Below are positions 56,903 to 64,000 of a stretch of DNA of 64,000 nucleotides, one piece after another. Within the stretch, counting starts at the first letter, position 1; every line of letters starts with the position of its first letter. Both the position numbers and the translations under genes were made by a program. The notes beneath the pieces were generated by a model. It saw nothing but the letters and a program-made list of their open reading frames with translations. It did not search any database and was not told the DNA's origin. The DNA comes from an uncultured Desulfarculus sp. (GTDB lineage Bacteria > Desulfobacterota > Desulfarculia > Desulfarculales > Desulfarculaceae): NCBI GenBank assembly GCA_963665125.2, contig CAXXUK010000001.1, positions 1,920,001-1,984,000 of the forward strand. The letters are read 5' to 3'.

Positions 56903-56965
56903 ATCCCGCCTTGCTTCGGCAGGGCGGGATAATTTTTTGGGCCGCCCGAAAGCGGACGGCCCAAA
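56903..56965. terminator. tandem hairpins between convergent genes
   Basis: ATCCCGCC..TTCG..GGCGGGAT plus T tract; TTTGGGCCG..GAAA..CGGCCCAAA. Confidence 0.6.
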
Positions 56966-56993
56966 GTTGAGCAGCCGTATTGTTGCGCCCCGG

Positions 56994-58814
56994 CTAGAAG
57001 CACTCCTCCGGTGCGTCCAGGGGCGAGGTGTCTTCCAGGTCCATGACCGTCTTGCGGGTGAAGACGTTGGGCAGAATCCGGCGGCAGAAATAATAGGCGC
57101 TCTGGATCTTGCCCCGGTAGAACACACCGTCGGCCGATTGAGAGTCCACGGCCTCGAGTTTTTCCCGAGCCGTCATGGCCTGTTCCAGCATCAACATGGC
57201 CATCACCGACTCGGCCAGGCACTCCAGGAAGCCCAGAGCCGACAGCGGAATCAGGCTCAACCGGCCGTCCCCCAGATAGCCCAGGTATTTGGCGGCAAAG
57301 GCCGTGGTTTCCTCCACGGCCCGCTTCAACAGGCCCATCTCGGCCCCGAAGTCGGCGTCCCCGGCATTGGCCGCGCAGAAAGCAAGCATGTCGGCCATGG
57401 CGCCCTGGAACACCGCCCCGCCCTCCAGGGCCAGCTTGCGGCCAACCAGGTCCAGGGCCTGGATGTAGTTGGTGCCCTCCCAGATGGACAGGATCTTGCA
57501 ATCGCGCATGTACTGCTCGGCCGGGAAGCCGCTGCAATAGCCCGCGCCGCCGAAGACCTGCAGGGCGTCCCTTGTCAGGCTGAAGCCATAGTCGGTGCAG
57601 TAAGACTTGACCAGGGGCGTGTATATCTCCACCAAGCCTGCGGCCTTTTTGCGCCGGGCCTCGTCCGGGTCAAACCTGGCCACATCCATCAGATAATATG
57701 ATTTGGCGATCAAGGCCCGCATGGCCTCGGTTCCGGCCTTGAGGCCAAGAAGCATGCGCCGAACGTCCTCGTGGTTGATGATGGCCACCCGATCGCCGCG
57801 GCGGTCGGTAAACGGCGGACCCTGGAGGCGCTTCTTGGCCCAGTTGCGGGCCGCGTCATAGGCGCTTGCCGCCAGGGCCAGTCCCATCAGGCCTGTGCCC
57901 ACCCTGGCCTCGTTCATCATCTGGAACATCTTGGCCATGCCCGTATCGGGCTCGCCCAGCAGGATGCCCCGGCAGCCGTCCTTGCCGCCGAAGTTCATGG
58001 CACAGGTTGGCGAGGCGTGGATGCCCATCTTGTGCTCAATGCCCGTGCAGACCACGTCGTTGCTTTGGCCCAGGCTGCCGTCAAGGTTGACCCAGATCTT
58101 GGGCACAATAAACAGGCTGATGCCCTTGGTGCCTTGGGGCGAGCCCTCTATGCGGGCCAAAACCAGGTGGATGATGTTTTCAGTGAGATCCTGTTCGCCG
58201 CCGGAGATGAAACGCTTGCGGCCTTTGATTTTATAAATCCGGGGATCGCCGGATTCTGGATCGGGCGCCGCGCTGGTCTGCAACCAGCCCACGTCACTGC
58301 CCGACAAGGGCTCGGTCAGGCACATGGTGCCGGCCCATTGGCCCGAATACATCTTGGGGACGAAAAGCTCCTTATCGGCGTCGGTGCCGAATTCCTCGAT
58401 GAGCCGGGCGTTGCCCGATGTCAACAAGGGCAGCATGTTCAGGGCCATGTTGGCCCCGAAAAAAAACTCGTTGGCCAGGCCGGATACAATGGGCGGCAGG
58501 CCCCGGCCGCCGTACTTGCGGTCGTTGAACAAGGCTATCCACTTGCCGTCGCGCAGGGCCTCCCAGCAGCCGTGGAACGATTCAGGCAGCTTCACCGCTC
58601 CCGAATCAAAGACACAGCCCTGGCGATCGCCGTCCTGGTTCGCCGGGCCCAGGCAATCAGCGGCCAGTTCCAAGGCGCTTTGCAACACGCCGTCTATTTC
58701 TTGCCGGCTGAAATCCCGGTAAGGTTCATATTGCAGCAACTTGTCCAGGTCCAGATGCTCGTGAAGAAGAAATTGCACATCCCGTGGGTCTCGTTTAAAC
58801 CAGTTCACACCCAT
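56994..58814 (-). CDS. acyl-CoA dehydrogenase (about 600 aa, DmdC/FadE5-like subfamily)
   Basis: GTMCLTEP, NIIHLVLAR, EHKMGI, MMNEAR, IWEGTNYIQALDL. Confidence 0.93.
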   Translation of the reverse strand: MGVNWFKRDPRDVQFLLHEHLDLDKLLQYEPYRDFSRQEIDGVLQSALELAADCLGPANQDGDRQGCVFDSGAVKLPESFHGCWEALRDGKWIALFNDRKYGGRGLPPIVSGLANEFFFGANMALNMLPLLTSGNARLIEEFGTDADKELFVPKMYSGQWAGTMCLTEPLSGSDVGWLQTSAAPDPESGDPRIYKIKGRKRFISGGEQDLTENIIHLVLARIEGSPQGTKGISLFIVPKIWVNLDGSLGQSNDVVCTGIEHKMGIHASPTCAMNFGGKDGCRGILLGEPDTGMAKMFQMMNEARVGTGLMGLALAASAYDAARNWAKKRLQGPPFTDRRGDRVAIINHEDVRRMLLGLKAGTEAMRALIAKSYYLMDVARFDPDEARRKKAAGLVEIYTPLVKSYCTDYGFSLTRDALQVFGGAGYCSGFPAEQYMRDCKILSIWEGTNYIQALDLVGRKLALEGGAVFQGAMADMLAFCAANAGDADFGAEMGLLKRAVEETTAFAAKYLGYLGDGRLSLIPLSALGFLECLAESVMAMLMLEQAMTAREKLEAVDSQSADGVFYRGKIQSAYYFCRRILPNVFTRKTVMDLEDTSPLDAPEECF

Positions 58815-58986
58815 CGTATACCTCTGCTCCGGTTGGATTGTCGGGAGGCCTTGCCAACGCTAAAAGCGGCCACATCCAACAGGCTACCGCCATGGTTCGC
58901 GCACGACAAGAATAATTCCTATATTATAAACACGGACAAAAGCAAAGGCGGCCTCAGGGACCGCCTTGCGAAGCGTAATTTCTAAT

Positions 58987-59742
58987 TTAGCGACTTCTGC
59001 GCCGCCACAGGCCCAGAGCGCCCAAGGCCGATCCCAATAGCAGCATGGTGCCGGGCTCGGGAATGGTCGCATCACCGACCTTGCCGATAATTTCCACATC
59101 CTGGTCCTGGGGGGTGCCCTGGTTCAGGGAAAGGATGATCTTGTTCTGCCCCTCGTCGTGGTCCACGATGCGCAGGGAAAACGGGGTCGGCTTGTCGCCC
59201 AGATACGGTGAGGTAATGATGCCGGTCAGGGTCATCACACCGCCCTTTTCCGGCTCGAATCCGAACTGAATGCCCGTCAGTTGCAGTGTGCCGAAGGCCT
59301 CGCCGCCCTTGTTAATGCTGTTTTGAGTGCCATAGTCCGAAGAAAGGGTCAGGTTCAACACCTGGTTGGTGCTGTAGTTGGTGCCCAGAACATAGGGGTT
59401 GCCGGTCAGGGAACTCGGGTCCATTCCGGTGGCTTTGTAGATGTTGAAGTTTTCCACCCAGATGTACTTGCCCGCAATATCCGGATTGCTGGAGTCGTCC
59501 ACTTGCAACCAGCCCAGATGCAGCCAGCCGGGCTCTGAGGTGGAGCCCCAGTTGTTGCGCCCATCCGGCAGGCCGGTGTTGTTGGCCTGTTCTTTGTATT
59601 TTTCATTGTAGCCGTGAACCCGGCCGTCAAAGCTGCCTCCACTGCCGGTGCCGGAAAGATCGATTGTGCCAGCCCAGGCCGGAACGGCCAATAAAAACAC
59701 GGCCACGGCGGCCAAAGCCGTGTGCTTGATCACCCACCTCAT
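58987..59742 (-). CDS. PEP-CTERM sorting domain protein
   Basis: Signal peptide (AWA); C-terminal IPEPGTMLLLGSALGALGLWRRRSR. Confidence 0.92.
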   Translation of the reverse strand: MRWVIKHTALAAVAVFLLAVPAWAGTIDLSGTGSGGSFDGRVHGYNEKYKEQANNTGLPDGRNNWGSTSEPGWLHLGWLQVDDSSNPDIAGKYIWVENFNIYKATGMDPSSLTGNPYVLGTNYSTNQVLNLTLSSDYGTQNSINKGGEAFGTLQLTGIQFGFEPEKGGVMTLTGIITSPYLGDKPTPFSLRIVDHDEGQNKIILSLNQGTPQDQDVEIIGKVGDATIPEPGTMLLLGSALGALGLWRRRSR

Positions 59743-59863
59743 GGGTACCCTCCGTTTGTAACCCTATGGTTGAGGCGCAATAATTTTCCCACTTATCTAC
59801 AGTAATTTTAACCGTTCCATATCCCCGATCAACTGACAAAATTCATCACATTAAACAAAATTT

Positions 59864-60808
59864 TCAAACACCGCGAAAAAACACCGTGTCTCCAACCGGC
59901 TCCCGCACCAGCATTCCCTTGGCTTCCATGCCGCCGATGAACGCAGCAACGGACTCGTTGTCAAGACCGGTCATGGCAGCGATGTCGGCCACGGTGCAAG
60001 GCCTGCGGCGGGTCATCTCCACCACCTGGCGCTCCATGCTGCCGTGGTCGCCGCCGGTCTTGACCTGGGGCCCGGCGATGACCTCGGTAGTCACCTCGAA
60101 CATGGCCGCGATGCGCTCCATATCCACAGGGGCCACGGCCTTGAAGCCCTCCACCGCCGGCGGCCGCACCACGGTGTTCAACTGGACCAGGTCCGGGCCT
60201 ATTTCCGAGGCGGCTTTGACCAGCTTGGCCAGTTCTTCGGCCGTATCGTTGAGCCCGGCCACCAAGAGGATCTCCAGCACCAGACGCCCCTTGAACTGGC
60301 GACGCAGCTTTTTCATGCCGTCGATCATGGCCGCCGCGCTCAGTTCCTTCACCGGCCGGTTGATGCGGCGGAATACATCCTCGCTGACCGCGTCCAGGCT
60401 GGGGATCACCACATCGGCCAGGCATAGCTCATCGCGCACCCGGGCGTCATAGGTCAGGGTGCCGTTGGTCAACACCGCTGTTTTTCCGGCATTGAGTTCG
60501 CGCAGCTTTTCCAGGATATAGCCCATGTCGATGTGCAACGTCGGTTCGCCGCTGCCGGCCAGGGTCAGATAATCCGGCGGCGTATCCAGCTCGGCAAGGC
60601 GCCCCCGCACCTGCCGGAGCACATCCTCCGGGTCGCGGAAACGCTGCCGCGTGGCCGTGTGCACGGTGGTGGGGCCGCATTCGCAGTATACGCAGTCCAG
60701 GGAACAGGTCTTGGGCCACAGCAGGTCCACGCCCAGGCTCATGCCCAAACGGCGGCTGGGCACCGGCCCGAATACGGCCTGATCGTCACTTTTTTCGACA
60801 ATGGTCAT
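59864..60808 (-). CDS. radical SAM protein (COG0731-like)
   Basis: FGPVPSRRLGMSLG, CSLDCVYC, SGEPTL; C-terminal HTH-like tail. Confidence 0.88.
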   Translation of the reverse strand: MTIVEKSDDQAVFGPVPSRRLGMSLGVDLLWPKTCSLDCVYCECGPTTVHTATRQRFRDPEDVLRQVRGRLAELDTPPDYLTLAGSGEPTLHIDMGYILEKLRELNAGKTAVLTNGTLTYDARVRDELCLADVVIPSLDAVSEDVFRRINRPVKELSAAAMIDGMKKLRRQFKGRLVLEILLVAGLNDTAEELAKLVKAASEIGPDLVQLNTVVRPPAVEGFKAVAPVDMERIAAMFEVTTEVIAGPQVKTGGDHGSMERQVVEMTRRRPCTVADIAAMTGLDNESVAAFIGGMEAKGMLVREPVGDTVFFRGV

Positions 60809-60908
60809 GGTGTCGTCCTCCCGTGGCACAAAGGTAGTCTAAAAACGCCTCTTTTTAAACCCCGGAGGCGATGTTTACAGCCCATGGGCCAGCCGGTAAA
60901 CTGCCTTC

Positions 60909-61889
60909 ATGCAACTAGCCGGGTTAACATTGCAAACACCGTTTATCGCCGCGCCCATGGCCGGGGTGACCAGCCCCGCCTTCCGCTTGATGGCCAAAAT
61001 GGGCGGCGCGTCGCTGGTGTATACCGAGATGGTCTCGGCCAAGGGACTGGTCCTGAAGCGAAGGCGCACCTGGGCCCTGTGCGACATTCTGCCCAAAGAG
61101 CGGCCCGTGTGCCTCCAGCTGTTCGGCGGCGAACCCGAGGCCATGGGCCGGGCCGCGGCCATTGCCAGCGCCTTGAGCGTGGACCTGCTGGATGTCAACA
61201 TGGGCTGCCCGGTCAAGAAAGTGCGCCGCCAGGGCGCGGGATCGGCCTTGCTGGAGGATATGCCCCGAGCCGCCGAGGTCATGGCGGCGGTGGTGGAAAA
61301 CTCCAGCCTGCCCGTTACGGTTAAAATTCGCCTGGGCCAAAGGCGCGACGACCTTGAAAACATCGTGCCGCCCCTGGTCAAGGCCGGAGCCGCGGCCGTA
61401 TGCCTGCACGCCCGCACCACCAAACAACTCTTCGGCGGCCAGGCCGACTGGCAGGCCATAACCAGGCTTGTCGGTTGGTGCCCCGTGCCGGTCATCGGCA
61501 ACGGCGACGTGCGTTCGGGCGAAGACGCGGTGCGCATGCTGGAGCAGACCGGCTGCCAAGCGGTGATGATCGGCCGGGGGGCCATGGGCGATCCGTGGAT
61601 ATTCCGCCGGGCTGCCGAACGCCTTGCCGGAGTCGAGCCCCGGCCCGTCACCCTGGAAGAACGACGCCGGGCCCTTGACGAGCACATGGCCCTTGCCCGC
61701 AAAATGGGCGGAGAGCTCCAGGCCGTGCACTTCGTTAAGCAATTCATGATGTGGTACACCAAGGGCCTGCCCGGAGCCACCAACTTCCGCCGGGAGGCAG
61801 GCAGAGTCAAGCAGTTGGACCTGCTGTGGGGACTGTGCGACGAGTTTTTCAGCCAATTGGCCCGGCACACCGAGGGAGAGGCCGCATGA
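60909..61889 (+). CDS. dusB: tRNA-dihydrouridine synthase B
   Basis: APMAGVT, TEMVS, NMGCP, HART, GNGD, MIGRG. Confidence 0.93.
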   Translation: MQLAGLTLQTPFIAAPMAGVTSPAFRLMAKMGGASLVYTEMVSAKGLVLKRRRTWALCDILPKERPVCLQLFGGEPEAMGRAAAIASALSVDLLDVNMGCPVKKVRRQGAGSALLEDMPRAAEVMAAVVENSSLPVTVKIRLGQRRDDLENIVPPLVKAGAAAVCLHARTTKQLFGGQADWQAITRLVGWCPVPVIGNGDVRSGEDAVRMLEQTGCQAVMIGRGAMGDPWIFRRAAERLAGVEPRPVTLEERRRALDEHMALARKMGGELQAVHFVKQFMMWYTKGLPGATNFRREAGRVKQLDLLWGLCDEFFSQLARHTEGEAA

Positions 61890-62731
61890 AAGTGATCCTG
61901 GCCAAGACAGCCGGTTTTTGCATGGGCGTGCGCCGCGCCGTTGACTTGGCCCTGGCCGAAGCCGACAAGCACAGCGAGACGATCTTTACCTACGGTCCGC
62001 TGATCCACAATCCCCAGGTCCTGGAGTCGCTACGCTCCAAGGGCGTGGACATCCTCGACAGGCCGCCGGATCATGACACGTTCAAAAGCGGCACGGTGAT
62101 CATCCGGGCCCACGGCGTACCGCCCCGGGACATGCAACAACTCAGCGATGCGGGGTTCGACAATATCATTGACGGCACCTGCCCCCACGTGGGTCGGGTG
62201 CAAAAAATCATAGACCAGGCCACTCGCCAGGGCCACGACGTAATCATTGTCGGCGACCTGGATCACCCCGAGGTAGTGGGCTTGTTGGGCCATAGCTCGG
62301 GCCGGGGCCATGTGGTGGCCACACCCGAGGCCGTCGTGGCCCTGCCCCTGTTGAACCATCCGGTGCTGGTGGCCCAGACTACTCAGGACGAGGCTGTTTT
62401 CGACGCAGTGGAACGAGCCGTTGCCCAACGTTTTGCCGACGCCGAGGTGCACACCACAATCTGCGCGGCCACCCACCGCCGCCAGGAAGAGGCCCGTAGG
62501 CTGGCCTCCACCGTCGACGCCATGGTCGTTGTGGGCGGACGCAACAGTGGCAATACGGCCCGGCTGGCCCATATAGCCTCGGCCAGCGGCAAGCCGTCGT
62601 TTTGGGTGGAGACGCCCGAGGAACTTGACCTGGCACAGTTCGATGGACTGGAGGTAGTGGGCGTCACCGCCGGGGCCAGCACGCCCAACTGGCTCATCGA
62701 AAAGGTCGTGAAAGTATTGGAGTCGCTGTAG
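61886..62731 (+). CDS. ispH: 4-hydroxy-3-methylbut-2-enyl diphosphate reductase
   Basis: GFCMGV, IHN, TCPHV, HPEV, QTT, ICAAT, AGASTP; ATGA overlap with dusB. Confidence 0.95.
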   Translation: MKVILAKTAGFCMGVRRAVDLALAEADKHSETIFTYGPLIHNPQVLESLRSKGVDILDRPPDHDTFKSGTVIIRAHGVPPRDMQQLSDAGFDNIIDGTCPHVGRVQKIIDQATRQGHDVIIVGDLDHPEVVGLLGHSSGRGHVVATPEAVVALPLLNHPVLVAQTTQDEAVFDAVERAVAQRFADAEVHTTICAATHRRQEEARRLASTVDAMVVVGGRNSGNTARLAHIASASGKPSFWVETPEELDLAQFDGLEVVGVTAGASTPNWLIEKVVKVLESL

Positions 62732-62749
62732 GCGAAAGGAGTCAAGGTC

Positions 62750-63352
62750 GTGGATACATTTAAAGCACTTACTTCGAGGCGCACCGTGCGCAGTTTCGCC
62801 CAAAACCCCGTTGCCAAGGACGACCTGCTGCGCCTTGTGAAGGCGGCCCGCCTGGCACCGTCGGCGGCCAACACCCAAAGCCTGGAATACGTGATCATCA
62901 CCGAAGAACCGCGCCTCGGCGAAATCTTCGACTGCCTGAAATGGGCGGCCTATATCGCGCCCAGGGGCAACCCGGCCCCGGACAAGCGGCCCACGGCCTA
63001 TATCGCCGTGGTCTTGCGCGCCGATTACAAGCCACCGGTCACCCAGGCCTATGACGTGGGCGCGGCCATCCAGAGCATCTGCACCGGCGCGGTGGCCCTG
63101 AGCCTGGGCTCCTGCTGGCTGAAGGCCATCAACTACCCCAGGGCGTCCAAGATCATGAATCTGCCCGAAGGCGTGACCCTGGACAGCATCGTTGCCCTTG
63201 GTTTTCCTGACGAAACGCCCCAGGTGGTGGACCTGGAGCCCGGCCAAAGCGGCCTGGAGGTGATCAAGTATTGGCGCGATGACGATGGCCGACACTTCGT
63301 GCCCAAGCGGGCGATGGAGGATTTGGTGCATTGGGAAGGGTATGAGGAGTAG
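62750..63352 (+). CDS. nitroreductase family protein
   Basis: RRTVRSF, APSAANTQ, DVGAA, LGSCW, VPKR. Confidence 0.9.
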   Translation: MDTFKALTSRRTVRSFAQNPVAKDDLLRLVKAARLAPSAANTQSLEYVIITEEPRLGEIFDCLKWAAYIAPRGNPAPDKRPTAYIAVVLRADYKPPVTQAYDVGAAIQSICTGAVALSLGSCWLKAINYPRASKIMNLPEGVTLDSIVALGFPDETPQVVDLEPGQSGLEVIKYWRDDDGRHFVPKRAMEDLVHWEGYEE

Positions 63353-63748
63353 TGACAAGGGCTGGATTCCGGCTGGCGAAACGATAATTTCAACCTCCTG
63401 ACTCGCAAATCAAACGGCTCGGTAAGGCCATTTTTTATTCTTTTTTTTCTCGGCCGAGTATAAAAAGGTTAATGCAAGATTAAGCGGCAAAAACGAGCCG
63501 GGCACGGTGCTTGGCTCTTGCTTTAGCTAACCCATTAATCTGCTCCGTCTTCATTCAGGTCCGAAATCATGCTTGCCGCACGCGTTTAGGCACCGGAGAC
63601 GACATGAGTGTGGAAATTCGTGGGTGATGGTTCATCTTCTCGATATGAACCATCTGGAATTGCACTAGTCGGTCTGGGTCTGAGCCGGGCCAATCATTAT
63701 TACCGGCTTTAGTCTGGTGTTCAACATGATGGACTCATGGGGGTTGGT

Positions 63749-64000
63749 ATGCTCAATATTCTTGAATCTATTGCTGTATTCGCAGCCGGAACCTACGGCA
63801 TTCTACACGCCCGTTCAAAAGGCATGGACTTGGTCGGCGTTTTCACCATCGCCTTTTTAACCACCTTGGGTGGGGGAACGCTTCGAGACCTAATTCTTTC
63901 CCGCGACCCCATTTTTTGGGTCCGGCATCAGGAATATGCCATCAGTGTTTTTATATTGGTCATCCTGACAAGTTTTATCAGAAAGTTGCCGCCGAAAGTG
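63749..64000 (+). CDS. trimeric intracellular cation channel (TRIC/UPF0126) family protein, runs off window end
   Basis: Not in the ORF track. Manual translation MLNILESIAVFAAGTYGILHARSKGMDLVGVFTIAFLTTLGGGTLRDLIL...PIFW. Confidence 0.88.
   Translation, partial: MLNILESIAVFAAGTYGILHARSKGMDLVGVFTIAFLTTLGGGTLRDLILSRDPIFWVRHQEYAISVFILVILTSFIRKLPPKV

Noticed and set aside
56807..58985. Overlapping ORFs around the ACAD (e.g. 57771-58985 +, 56836-57537 -)
   Set aside because: Alternate-frame or antisense shadows without recognisable domains
63353..63748. Glycine or other riboswitch upstream of the TRIC gene
   Set aside because: Conserved aptamer motifs (GGAGA, CCGAAG, CTCAGG in order) were not found

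Overview
GC-rich chromosomal window, most likely from an anaerobic Desulfobacterota (deltaproteobacterial) organism; this is inferred from gene content and protein style. 1-10.9 kb: a minus-strand acyl-CoA catabolic cluster (ACAD, 3-hydroxyacyl-CoA dehydrogenase, thiolase, two crotonase-fold proteins, non-decarboxylating glutaryl-CoA dehydrogenase, GcdA-like carboxyltransferase, then an amidase). It has a readable sigma54 promoter, an IHF site and palindromic activator sites, next to a PAS-AAA+-Fis activator gene. 11-24 kb: CheY, SDR/DUF2867, two TetR regulators, Tpx, M15 peptidase, rubrerythrin, an IS3-like scar, tRNA-fMet, sucCD, an AcuA-like acetyltransferase, a membrane Mrr-domain protein and a DegT aminotransferase. 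24-43 kb: a multi-hairpin REP/MITE-like element, alpha-2-macroglobulin-pbpC, cysE-cysK, radical SAM, ComB, an AT-richer CheX-REC/GGDEF/histidine-kinase block and an aldehyde dehydrogenase. 43-64 kb: an autotransporter with seven 111-bp repeats, amidohydrolase, cydAB, FkbM methyltransferase, AcuB-like CBS protein, acyl-CoA ligase, ACAD, PEP-CTERM protein, a second radical SAM, dusB-ispH-nitroreductase and a partial TRIC gene. No CRISPR array, rRNA, prophage or intact transposase was seen. All family calls come from motif recognition, not database searches.
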